Of a stretch of 64,000 bases of DNA, positions 1 through 12,042 are shown piece after piece (within the stretch, counting starts at the first letter, position 1; every line of letters begins with the position of its first letter). The stretch spans positions 1,504,001 through 1,568,000 of the forward strand of contig CAVOJR010000001.1 in NCBI GenBank assembly GCA_963696295.1, read 5' to 3'. The DNA is from an uncultured Chlamydiae bacterium. GTDB taxonomy: Bacteria; Chlamydiota; Chlamydiia; Chlamydiales; JAJFMB01. The translations under genes were made by a program, and so were the position numbers. The notes under the pieces are model-generated. The model was not told the origin of the DNA. It ran no database searches and saw only the letters and a list, made by a program, of their open reading frames with translations.

Positions 1-472
1 CCTCCTGAAATTTTTGCTCATCGAGTTTTTCATTCTTAAAATCATAACAATCAAAGAAAATATCATAAATAATAGGATTTGATTCATCTCTGTCGTAAAT
101 GACATAGACTTCTTTTCCTTCCAACGAATTTGCCAAACTGTCGGCGAGCTGGCTTCTTCTCTTCATTTCGGCCTGAATCATGGGTGTGAGCGTTTTGTTC
201 TTCAGTGCCTCTTCAAATTTCCCTTCACTTTTGAGATTAGCGATGACATCCCTGGCTGCTTCGGCGACCAGAATGAATACCGCGTCCGGCCGCTCCTCCC
301 GGAGATGCTTGATCATTCCTTCTTCAATCGACCCTTTGCCTGATCCGGGTCCGCCGTTAATGGCAATTTTTACCGTATGGGACTCGGAATCTTTGGAAGG
401 GAACCAGGTGCTCCAGCCCTTTTTTTTGTCAATGTCGGAATCTTGAGTGATTTTTTTAGATTCCACATTCAT
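1..472 (-). CDS. P-loop NTPase/kinase, AAA_28 (NadR/Ttd14-like); 3' end runs off the window
   Basis: Manual translation from ATG at 472: MNVESKK...KIAINGGPGSGKGS...VAEAARDVI...VIYDRD; open to the window edge; not in the ORF track. Confidence 0.7.
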   Translation of the reverse strand, partial: MNVESKKITQDSDIDKKKGWSTWFPSKDSESHTVKIAINGGPGSGKGSIEEGMIKHLREERPDAVFILVAEAARDVIANLKSEGKFEEALKNKTLTPMIQAEMKRRSQLADSLANSLEGKEVYVIYDRDESNPIIYDIFFDCYDFKNEKLDEQKFQE

Positions 473-622
473 ATTCTCTGTATTTTGACTGCCTACTAAA
501 TAAACATTCAAATCATTCATATTACCACCCCCGTTTTATTGTAACATAATTATTTTAATTTTGAAAACACTTGAATTATTGTAGCGCTACCTTTAAAATT
601 TCTTAAAACATTGGAGGATCAG

Positions 623-1207
623 ATGGGTGTACTCGTTGGAAAAAAAGCGCCGGAATTTAAAGCAAAAGCAGTTAAAGGTCTGCAATTCATAGATGTGTCA
701 TTAAAAGATTACAAAGGAAAGCAGATTATCCTGTTCTTCTACCCCCTCGATTTTACTTTCGTCTGCCCGACGGAGCTGCACGCTTTCCAGGACAAACTGT
801 CCGAATTTGAGAAGCGCAACACCCAAGTGATCGGCTGTTCGGTAGATAGCACCTATTCCCATTACGCCTGGCTGAACATGCCGAAAGAGAAGGGGGGCAT
901 TCAAGGCGTTACCTATCCCATTATTTCCGATATCAATAAAACCATCTCCCGCGACTACGATGTGCTTTGCGAAGAAGAGGGCGTCGCCTACCGCGGCCTG
1001 TTCCTGATCGATCAAAACGGGGTGGTCCGCCATCAGGTCGTCAATGACCTTCCCCTTGGCCGCTCCATCGACGAGGCGATCAGAGTGCTGGACGCTCTGC
1101 TTTTCCATCAAAAACATGGGGAAGTTTGCCCTGCCAACTGGCAAGCCGGACATAAGAGCATGAAACCCACACAGGCGGGCCTCGAGAAGTTTTTTGCGCT
1201 CAGCTAG
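623..1207 (+). CDS. ahpC: 2-Cys peroxiredoxin (AhpC/TSA)
   Basis: FFYPLDFTFVCPTE and GEVCPANW motifs; GGAGGA RBS before ATG 623. Confidence 0.95.
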   Translation: MGVLVGKKAPEFKAKAVKGLQFIDVSLKDYKGKQIILFFYPLDFTFVCPTELHAFQDKLSEFEKRNTQVIGCSVDSTYSHYAWLNMPKEKGGIQGVTYPIISDINKTISRDYDVLCEEEGVAYRGLFLIDQNGVVRHQVVNDLPLGRSIDEAIRVLDALLFHQKHGEVCPANWQAGHKSMKPTQAGLEKFFALS

Positions 1208-1227
1208 TGTCAGCTTGTAAACTCCGG

Positions 1228-1623
1228 CTAGACACTAGAGGTTGTTAAATAGTCGTAAAGATCGGCTTCAGAAGTGATCAGGATGCTGTGATAGCCGCGG
1301 CAGATAGGAATGATTTCTTTGATGATTTCGCTATTGCCAACGCCCGGGGCGCAAATCCCGCTGATCTTCGAAAAAAGCTTCTGCCGCCTTAAGAAGGAGA
1401 GGCCGCTAAAGTAATCCTGCTGGCTGTATCCCTCCTCCCGGACGCGGAAAAACAGGACGCTGTAATCAAACAGAATGCTTTGGATGGCTAGATAGAGCCC
1501 ATGGCTTTCGGGCGGCGGATTGCCCAGGCAATCGAGTATCTGCGGCAATGTCTGGCAAAAATAAGCTGTGCTATAATCCCCTTTTTCAGCCTCGCCGAAT
1601 AGGGCGATAGTATGTGCTCCCAT
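1228..1623 (-). CDS. Conserved chlamydial hypothetical protein (CT602-like)
   Basis: TIALFGEAEKG...FRVREEGYS...PGVGN resembles the chlamydial protein I recall lying next to ahpC; convergent with ahpC. Confidence 0.75.
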   Translation of the reverse strand: MGAHTIALFGEAEKGDYSTAYFCQTLPQILDCLGNPPPESHGLYLAIQSILFDYSVLFFRVREEGYSQQDYFSGLSFLRRQKLFSKISGICAPGVGNSEIIKEIIPICRGYHSILITSEADLYDYLTTSSV

Positions 1624-1823
1624 AAAATATGACCACCTCTTTTCTTCGCAAATTAGCTCGGAAGAAAATATGAGACAATTACTTTTTACAATTTCATTAT
1701 AACAAATAGTTTAAACAATTGCAAATTAGCTCTCTAAAACGGGGTAAATTTGAAATTTCTTTGCAAAAAAGCAGGGTATGGCTTATCTTGATGAAAGAAC
1801 CTTCCAAATAGGAGAAGTTTTAT

Positions 1824-5007
<3,184 letters not shown>

Positions 5008-5011
5008 TTCC

Positions 5012-6193
5012 CTAAATTTCTCCTGTTGCCTGCATTAGGGGAATCTGATCGGTATCTCTCCAACCCAAAACTGTAGCCTGACTTCTTTTTTGATTTAAGT
5101 CGCCCCCGTAGACAATATAAGATTCCCCCTTGTTTTCAGATAAATTATTCCAATAGTTAAGGCCATCAAAAAAATCAGTTCCGACGGTTTTTCCTGATTT
5201 TATCTCGATAGGGGTTAGCCGGCTGCCATTTTCTATAAGACAATCTACCTCTTTTCCTTTGTGGTCTCTCCAAAAATAAAGGGATGAGTGAGTCAAATCG
5301 TGCGTCTGCCTTTTTAATAGTTCGCTGATGACAAACGATTCGAATATTCCTCCTCTAAGATAGTGGCTCGTTAGTTGTTCCTGTGTATAGATGTCGAGTA
5401 AGGCACAAAGCAGTCCGGTATCGTAAAAATACAATTTAGGGGATTTGATTAGGCGTTTATTATAATTTTTGTAATGGGGCCTTAGGAAAAAGACAATAAA
5501 GCTCGCTTCTAAAATGTTTAGCCAGGCCCTAACGGTGTTGTGCGAAATACCGCAATCATTGCCAAGAGTGGTCATATCCATGATTTGACCGGCTCTTGAA
5601 GCGCAACATTTTAAAAAAACTTGAAAAGTTCCAAGGTCGTGAATGTTTTTTATTTGCCTGATATCCCTTTCGATATAAGTTCTAAGATAATTTTTATACC
5701 ATTCATTTGGTGTAAGAGGGGTTTCATAAAGACGGGGGTAAAATCCTTTAAAAAGGATCTCTTCAAAGGAGGTTAGAGGGATATTCGCTCCTTTAAGTTC
5801 TCCAAGTTCAAGAGGCAGCAAATGGAGAATAGCCGTTCGGCCTGCGAGTGACTGGGTAATTTTCTCGAGGAGTAAAAAATTTTGTGATCCGGTTAAAATA
5901 AATTGCCCGGGTATTTTATCCCGGTCCACTACCCCTTGAATATAGGAAAAAAGCCCCGGCGTATTTTGAATTTCGTCAAAAATAACAAAACGGTTGTACT
6001 CCTCCAAAAAACCCCTTGGATCTTCGGCCGCATAGCTCCTTAAATCTAAGTCTTCTAACGAAACGTAACGGTACTCTGGAAATAATTCCTTTACCAGGGT
6101 TTTTTTGCCTGATTGCCTAGGGCCTGTAAGGGAAACTACGGGTAACTCTTTGCTTGAGCGGAGTAAATGTTTGGCTAATTTTCGTTTTATCAT
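5012..6193 (-). CDS. AAA_14 + DUF4143 ATP-binding protein
   Basis: GPRQSGK, FDEIQ, LTGSQ, SLAGR, KSPKLYFYDTGL, EVD...PIEIKS. Confidence 0.9.
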   Translation of the reverse strand: MIKRKLAKHLLRSSKELPVVSLTGPRQSGKKTLVKELFPEYRYVSLEDLDLRSYAAEDPRGFLEEYNRFVIFDEIQNTPGLFSYIQGVVDRDKIPGQFILTGSQNFLLLEKITQSLAGRTAILHLLPLELGELKGANIPLTSFEEILFKGFYPRLYETPLTPNEWYKNYLRTYIERDIRQIKNIHDLGTFQVFLKCCASRAGQIMDMTTLGNDCGISHNTVRAWLNILEASFIVFFLRPHYKNYNKRLIKSPKLYFYDTGLLCALLDIYTQEQLTSHYLRGGIFESFVISELLKRQTHDLTHSSLYFWRDHKGKEVDCLIENGSRLTPIEIKSGKTVGTDFFDGLNYWNNLSENKGESYIVYGGDLNQKRSQATVLGWRDTDQIPLMQATGEI

Positions 6194-6211
6194 AGCTTAA
6201 TGATAGTGGGG

Positions 6212-6248
6212 TGGTACATATTGTAAATGGAATTTCCAATATGTACCA
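6212..6248. promoter_or_regulatory. Inverted repeat upstream of the DUF4143 ATPase (operator or terminator)
   Basis: TGGTACATATTG-N13-CAATATGTACCA, perfect 12-bp arms. Confidence 0.6.
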
Positions 6249-6250
6249 AT

Positions 6251-6778
6251 TTAACCTGTTATAATGATCGGGTATTTTTCCCACCCGGCCAGGTCGAAGT
6301 GCCACCACTCGGTCTCGAGCTGGATAAAACCGGCTTTTTCCATCGCATGGGTCAGGGCGGCCCGGTTTTTTCTGGCGGCAGCGGTAATATTTTGCGCGTT
6401 TCTGTGCGCCTTTTCACTGAAATCGTCAAAGAGGGTGGGCATTTCCACCTCTTCGCCTCGCTGATCGACAAGGGTGACATCGACGGCGGTTCCGCGCGTG
6501 TGGCGGCTATTTTCCGGCGGCGCGACGTATCTCTTGTCAGGAATGGCCTCCCAAAAGAGCTGTTGCGCCTCAATGGGGCGGAAGCCGTCGTAGACTTTCA
6601 GGCCGAACCCTTCCTTAGAAAGGGATTTTTCCACAAGCGTCAGCGCATTGGCCGCGTCGATGTGCAGGTAGCAGACGGGGCTTTTGTAGATTTGCCTCTT
6701 CAAGAAGTTATTTTCAGTGGCATAGCGGATATCTAAGACAATTTTTGGATTGTGTTTTGCCAGGTCGACAAGCGTCAT
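6251..6778 (-). CDS. ddpX: D-Ala-D-Ala dipeptidase (peptidase M15D, VanX/DdpX family)
   Basis: DIRYATENNF, YDGFRP, SRHTRGTAVD, EWWHF motifs. Confidence 0.9.
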   Translation of the reverse strand: MTLVDLAKHNPKIVLDIRYATENNFLKRQIYKSPVCYLHIDAANALTLVEKSLSKEGFGLKVYDGFRPIEAQQLFWEAIPDKRYVAPPENSRHTRGTAVDVTLVDQRGEEVEMPTLFDDFSEKAHRNAQNITAAARKNRAALTHAMEKAGFIQLETEWWHFDLAGWEKYPIIITG

Positions 6779-7872
6779 CTTCTCAGGTGCTCCTCTTCAA
6801 TGGTTTCATAAAGCTGGGCGTAGGTGGCGTAGCGCAATGGGGAAATTTCCCCTTTTTCCACGGCTTCCACGACAGCGCAATCCGCCTCGTGCGTGTGGCT
6901 GCAGTTGGGGAATTTGCACATTTTGGCGGCCGCGCAAATCTCCGTATAGAACGATTCGATCTCCTCTTTTTGCAAATCCCACACGCCAAAGCTTTTGATG
7001 CCGGGGGTATCGATGCAGAAGCCGCCGAATTTAAGGGGGATGAGATGGGCTCTCGTCGTGGTGTGGGACCCTTTTTTGGTTTTGTCGATCACTTCGCCGG
7101 TTGCCAAATTGAGCCCGGTCACTTCGTTGATCAGGGAGGATTTTCCCGAGCCCGACTGGCCGGAAAACACCGAGGCTTTGTTCTGCATGGCCGCTTTGAG
7201 CTCCTCAATGCCCGCCCGGGTTTTGCAGCTCAATGAAAGAAGGGGGATTTCCGCCAGCCGGTACGCCTCTAAAAGCTCCTCATAGAGCTCTTTTTCGGAC
7301 TCGTTGGCGGGATCTTCCAGCAGATCGATTTTGTTGATCACCACCACCGGCTGCATCCGCCCTTTCCTGGCGGCGATGATGTAGCGGTCGATCAGGGAGG
7401 GTTTGAGCGGAGGGTTGACGACCGAGGCGGTGATCAGGACTTGATCGATGTTGGCGGCGATAATATGTTCGCTCCGCCTTGTCATGGCGTCCTGCCTGGA
7501 CAACACGGACTTGCGCGGTTCGACATAGGAGATAGCCCCCTCTTTGTCGGCCAGGGGTTCAAACAGGACAAAGTCCCCCACCGTCACCACGTTTTTCAGC
7601 TGCCTCTTCTCCTTTTTCAGCAGGCCGCGCAGCGTGCAGATATATTCTTTTCCCTCATGGTTGACCACAAATCCTTGCGGAATGACAGAGAGCACCCGCC
7701 CCCGCAGGAGGTCGCGCTTTTCCATTTTCATCTGCATGTCCCGGTCGTGATCCTCAAACCATTTTTTTCGGTCGGTTTTTTTGTATTTCGAACGGTCTTT
7801 TTCCTGAGCGGTTTTGCGGTCTTTTTTAGCGGTTTTTCTATCAAAAAATGGATCCTCTAACTCTTCAGACAT
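6775..7872 (-). CDS. rsgA: Ribosome small subunit-dependent GTPase A
   Basis: NKID, GQSGSGKSS, HTTT, DTPG, C-terminal CKFPNCSHTHEADC zinc site; probable start MSEELED at 7872. Confidence 0.95.
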   Translation of the reverse strand: MSEELEDPFFDRKTAKKDRKTAQEKDRSKYKKTDRKKWFEDHDRDMQMKMEKRDLLRGRVLSVIPQGFVVNHEGKEYICTLRGLLKKEKRQLKNVVTVGDFVLFEPLADKEGAISYVEPRKSVLSRQDAMTRRSEHIIAANIDQVLITASVVNPPLKPSLIDRYIIAARKGRMQPVVVINKIDLLEDPANESEKELYEELLEAYRLAEIPLLSLSCKTRAGIEELKAAMQNKASVFSGQSGSGKSSLINEVTGLNLATGEVIDKTKKGSHTTTRAHLIPLKFGGFCIDTPGIKSFGVWDLQKEEIESFYTEICAAAKMCKFPNCSHTHEADCAVVEAVEKGEISPLRYATYAQLYETIEEEHLRR

Positions 7873-8582
7873 AAGGCTCCTTTCATGGCATACATTAAAA
7901 TGGCCCCGGCTGTCGCGACATTGAGCGATTCCATCCTGCCGCTCATGGGGATTGAGACGGCGCGGCAAAGGCTTTTGGCTTGCTCTCCCGCGCCCGTTGA
8001 CTCGTGGCTCAAGACGAGGAGAGCTTCCTTGACTTCTATGGGAGGGGCTCCCCGGATATCGGCCACATAGCGGGGCAGCGGGCACTCCAGCACGGCTTCC
8101 CATCCCGCCTGGCAAAGGGGAAGGCGAAAGGTGGCTCCCTTAGCGGCTCTAAGCGCCTTTTCGTTATAGGGATCGCAGCTCCCTTCCAGAATATAAGCCC
8201 CTTCCCATCCAAGCGCTAAAGCGGTGCGCAGCAGCGTGCCTAAATTTCCCGGGTCGCTGACCCGGTCAATGGCGAGCAGAAATTTTCCCTTCAGGGCCTC
8301 ATTTTTCGGCATCTCGACCTCCGCGATCAACCCTTCCGGCGTTTTGACTCCCGACAGCTTCTGCATGACGGCCGGGGAAACGATCAGGCGCTCCGCTTTT
8401 ATGTGGGGCGGAAAATCCTTCTCCTCCAGGGCCAGCAGACGGATGGCCTCCGGAAGTTCCTGGATGAGGTTTTTCCCTTCGACAAATACCCTCTGACTGG
8501 CATAGCGGTAGGACCTTTCCTGGCGCAATTTCACAAGGTGCTTGACGAGAGGGTTTTGAGAGCTTTCAATCTTTTTTGCCAT
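7857..8582 (-). CDS. TrmH/SpoU-family RNA methyltransferase
   Basis: DPGNLGTLLRTA, IPMSGRMESLNVA SPOUT motifs. Confidence 0.9.
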   Translation of the reverse strand: MAKKIESSQNPLVKHLVKLRQERSYRYASQRVFVEGKNLIQELPEAIRLLALEEKDFPPHIKAERLIVSPAVMQKLSGVKTPEGLIAEVEMPKNEALKGKFLLAIDRVSDPGNLGTLLRTALALGWEGAYILEGSCDPYNEKALRAAKGATFRLPLCQAGWEAVLECPLPRYVADIRGAPPIEVKEALLVLSHESTGAGEQAKSLCRAVSIPMSGRMESLNVATAGAILMYAMKGALCLKS

Positions 8583-9792
8583 GTTGCCAATGGGTCGAGT
8601 TTTTTAAATGTTCCAGCACAATTTCCGGGTCCTCCAAATTTTCCCGGATGGCAATCCGCTCCGCCTGAGCGAGCAGGATGCCCATCGTTTTGCCCGGTTT
8701 GACGCCGAGTTTCGCCAGGTCTTTGGAGGAGATCAGAGGGGTTTTCTGGCGGAGGCGTCCGATGTGGCGCGAAAGCTTTTCTTTGCGCAGCCGGTGTTTT
8801 TCCAAAAAAGCGGGCCCTTGCTGCCTGCCATAAAGGTCGACCAGGAATTGGGAGTAGGGGTGGGCGTAAAAATAGACCCACGCCACGTCGTCGGGGAGGT
8901 CGATCTGGAGAATCCCTTTGCCGTTATAGGCAAATTCGAGGAGTTGAATGTCTTTGCGGCTCACTTTCAGGTCGAGGAAAATAGCGACCAGCTCCTGTTG
9001 CGGCATGCCGGGGAAGAGCTCCATCAGGTAGAGGATAGTGGGGGTGCCTTGGGGAAAGTGGGAAAACATTTTGATCCGCTCTTTGATGTCGTGCAGATGG
9101 ACCTCTTTTAAGAGGGGAAAAATTTCTCCGAGCAGCCCCAGGCGGTGCAGATCGATAAAGGCCCCTTCGGCATTGGGAAATTCCGTGATCTTCGTCAGCT
9201 CCTGAAGCACCCTCTCCTTGGCGACAGCCGGAAACAGCATGTTGGAGTAGCGTTGAATGGCCTCCTGGGTTTCCGCTTCAATCGGAAAACAGAACCTGGC
9301 AGCAAAACGCACGGCGCGCACAAGTCTGAGACGGTCTTCAAAAAAGCGCTCGTAAGGGTCGCCGATCGTGCGTATGATGCCTTGCTTTATATCCTCCTTG
9401 CCGCCGACGTAATCGATCACGCGCTTCTCGAGCGGATCGTAAAACATGCCGTTGATTGTAAAATCGCGCCGCTTGGCATCCTCTTCCGCCGAGGTGAAGG
9501 CGATCTTTTCGGGGCGCCGCCCATCCCGGTAGTCGATGTCGCGCCTGAAAGTCGCCACTTCGAACTGGTGCCCCTCCTCGACCACGATGACGATGCCGAA
9601 AGCAAGGCCCACGGCGATTGTTTTCGGGAACAGATCGAGAATGACTTGCGGTTCGGCATTGGTGGCAATATCGATATCGGAGGAGGGGTGGCCCATGAGA
9701 TAGTCGCGCACCCAGCCCCCGGCGAAGTAGGCGGTGTACCCCTCGCTCACTAATTTCTTGACAATCCCTGTCGCCAATTCTAATGCCTTCAT
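8566..9792 (-). CDS. CCA tRNA nucleotidyltransferase / poly(A) polymerase family
   Basis: GGWVRD, DIDIAT, EVATFR, RRDFTING, EDRLRLVRAVRF. Confidence 0.9.
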   Translation of the reverse strand: MKALELATGIVKKLVSEGYTAYFAGGWVRDYLMGHPSSDIDIATNAEPQVILDLFPKTIAVGLAFGIVIVVEEGHQFEVATFRRDIDYRDGRRPEKIAFTSAEEDAKRRDFTINGMFYDPLEKRVIDYVGGKEDIKQGIIRTIGDPYERFFEDRLRLVRAVRFAARFCFPIEAETQEAIQRYSNMLFPAVAKERVLQELTKITEFPNAEGAFIDLHRLGLLGEIFPLLKEVHLHDIKERIKMFSHFPQGTPTILYLMELFPGMPQQELVAIFLDLKVSRKDIQLLEFAYNGKGILQIDLPDDVAWVYFYAHPYSQFLVDLYGRQQGPAFLEKHRLRKEKLSRHIGRLRQKTPLISSKDLAKLGVKPGKTMGILLAQAERIAIRENLEDPEIVLEHLKNSTHWQHGKKD

Positions 9793-9927
9793 GAGAGGGA
9801 TAATACCTCATTTTAGAAAAATTATAAATAGATATTCTTCAAGAGGATAAGAACATAAAAAAAAATGTTGACAAACAATCGGATTTACCGTTTTTTGAAG
9901 ATAGAAACTTAAGCGATGGAGGGGGCG

Positions 9928-10188
9928 ATGAAACAGAGACAGAAAATTTATCGGACAAAAACTAAAGCGTTACAGGTGCCGAAACTGGCTCAATATATCA
10001 TGCTGGTGGATCGTTACGTCTCTTTGTTATTCACTCACCTCAAAAAAACGGCCGTTCTTTTCACGCAAAAAAAGGATCTGCGCAATCAGCTCTTTTATGT
10101 AGAAAAATCTTTAAACCTCAATTTGGCAAATTTTTCGGCTTTAATGACTGAAAAAATGCATAAAATTGTACGTAAATTGAGGTATTAA
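9928..10188 (+). CDS. Hypothetical basic protein
   Basis: GGAGG RBS before ATG 9928; fills an intergenic space; 1 bp from the next ORF. Confidence 0.5.
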   Translation: MKQRQKIYRTKTKALQVPKLAQYIMLVDRYVSLLFTHLKKTAVLFTQKKDLRNQLFYVEKSLNLNLANFSALMTEKMHKIVRKLRY

Positions 10189-10189
10189 C

Positions 10190-10402
10190 ATGTTGATACC
10201 ATTTCGTTTAAAAACGACGGTGAGCATCGCCGACCCTTTAAGTTCCGACCGCTGTGAAATTGAGCAGCATTTTGTCGATTGCTACGAGCCGATTGGGGGT
10301 TATTACCAGTTGGATATCGACAATTTGCCTGCCATTTCCTGTTCCAAAGTGGAGCAGTCATATGGCAAGATCCTTAAGATCTTAGGGATAACGGCGAAGT
10401 AG
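10190..10402 (+). CDS. Hypothetical small protein
   Basis: GAGGT RBS; coupled to the upstream ORF. Confidence 0.5.
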   Translation: MLIPFRLKTTVSIADPLSSDRCEIEQHFVDCYEPIGGYYQLDIDNLPAISCSKVEQSYGKILKILGITAK

Positions 10403-10403
10403 G

Positions 10404-11924
10404 CTACTTATTTTTTAAAAACAGGACAAACTGAAAGAGAGATTCGAATTGCTCCTTTCCCATGACCATGCCGTACCTTTGCATGTTCATCTGCAAAACG
10501 AGCGAGTAGATATCGGGTTTGAAATCCCATTTACTCCCCTCGTGCGCCCGGAATCTCAGGTAAATTTCATAGGCCGCGCAAAAAGTGCCCGTTCGTCCAA
10601 TACCCGCCCGGCAATGAACGAGAGGCGGGCGCCCCGGCTTCCTCACCCGCTCCGCCTCTAAAATACAGTAGTAGAGCTGATCGCAGGGAATGGTGCCGCC
10701 ATCGGGCCAATCCGAGTGGTACAGGTGGGGGAATTGGCTTTTCTTCCCCTGATATTCGCAACTGATTTCCGAAAGGGTGGAAAAGAGTGTGATTGTTCCT
10801 GCTTTATGGCTCGTCATTTCCGTTTTTTTGAAAAATACCTGCCCCTCTTCGGACAATGATACGATTACTCCCGGATCTTCCTGCAGGGCGAATCTCCAGA
10901 AATAAGCGAGGGATTTCTCATCCGGCGCGGTTGTGGCTATAAAGGCGAGCAGACCCGTATAGACGAGCGTGCTTTGTAGTAGATCCGCCTCTCCCTCGAT
11001 CATCAGGCGTTTGTCATCGAAGGGCCACCAATTCCGGGTTCCCCCCTTTTTTTGGGCTTCCCGCATTAGATCGGCCGCGCCGAAATCGCTCCCTCTTCTC
11101 TCCTCGTTGAGCTTCTGAAACAGGTGCGGTATATCTTCGGGATCCTCTGTATAGAGATGGAGGATTCTCTCGGGCTTTTTTTCGAAACACTCTAATAAGC
11201 ACCCTTTGATAAACGCTTCCTTATTCTCTATGGGGAGCTTTTCAGCCGCTTTTGGCAATAGTGTCTGCAAAAGATTCAGGCAACTGGCGGCAAGCCCGGA
11301 AAAGAGGGATTCGAGGCGGGGAGGCAAAGTCAGCCTTGGGGCAGGTGTTTTTTCGTTCAGGAGCAGTCTCCTGGCGGTCTGTACTGCCATGAGTTTGAGC
11401 GGGGTGAAAAAGTTGGTGGCGAAACCGGTTTTTTCTGCAAAAAGCGCGGCGGCTATAGGTACATCCCCGCAGCAAATGCGCCAATTGAGGGAAAGAATCA
11501 GGTCAAAGTCCTTATCTTCGCTTTGATTGTGGCTGCTAAAAAAGAGGGTGAACGAGGAGTAGGCAGAGGCCGTTTCCTTGATTTTGGGGATATCTTCAGC
11601 CAGTGCGAGGGGAATGTTGAGGATGAGAGGAAGGCGCCGCTCTGCAGCCTTGGCCAGCAAAATATTTAAAACCTTGAGAGAATCATTCTTGTTTAGAGTG
11701 ACCGCCTTCATGTCGATCACCACTCCATCCAAAACGCGGTTCATCAAGACAAAGAAGCCCTGCCATTCCATTCCGCTATCATCGCACACGATGAGCAGGG
11801 GAGGGGTGGCATAGATTTTAGTGTAATCAGGCCATTTCTTAAGGATATCATCCGCAACCTGTTGCATGTCTACAGCCGTCTCGTATAAAGTGCCGCAATT
11901 ATTGCTCACCCTGCTTGATTCCAT
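10404..11924 (-). CDS. Classical protein-tyrosine phosphatase domain protein (putative effector)
   Basis: C-terminal PFDDKRL, FIATTAP, FWR, WPDGG, VHCRAGIGRTG, QRYGMV..EQF; unrecognised N-terminal ~270 aa. Confidence 0.88.
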   Translation of the reverse strand: MESSRVSNNCGTLYETAVDMQQVADDILKKWPDYTKIYATPPLLIVCDDSGMEWQGFFVLMNRVLDGVVIDMKAVTLNKNDSLKVLNILLAKAAERRLPLILNIPLALAEDIPKIKETASAYSSFTLFFSSHNQSEDKDFDLILSLNWRICCGDVPIAAALFAEKTGFATNFFTPLKLMAVQTARRLLLNEKTPAPRLTLPPRLESLFSGLAASCLNLLQTLLPKAAEKLPIENKEAFIKGCLLECFEKKPERILHLYTEDPEDIPHLFQKLNEERRGSDFGAADLMREAQKKGGTRNWWPFDDKRLMIEGEADLLQSTLVYTGLLAFIATTAPDEKSLAYFWRFALQEDPGVIVSLSEEGQVFFKKTEMTSHKAGTITLFSTLSEISCEYQGKKSQFPHLYHSDWPDGGTIPCDQLYYCILEAERVRKPGRPPLVHCRAGIGRTGTFCAAYEIYLRFRAHEGSKWDFKPDIYSLVLQMNMQRYGMVMGKEQFESLFQFVLFLKNK

Positions 11925-12042
11925 ACGCTCTCCAAATAATCATTAGGTATATCATAAAGGGACGTTGAAAATCCAGCTCTGCCTTTCTTGAGCTGTTAAG
12001 TAGGCATACCCTGGTAATTCAAGATACGCTATAGTAGCGCTT

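Noticed and set aside
180..446. 88-aa plus-strand ORF
   Set aside because: Antisense to the P-loop protein gene at 1-472
6251..6778. VanX as a vancomycin-resistance determinant
   Set aside because: No vanH/vanA/vanRS genes; it lies in a housekeeping operon, consistent with DdpX-type peptidoglycan recycling
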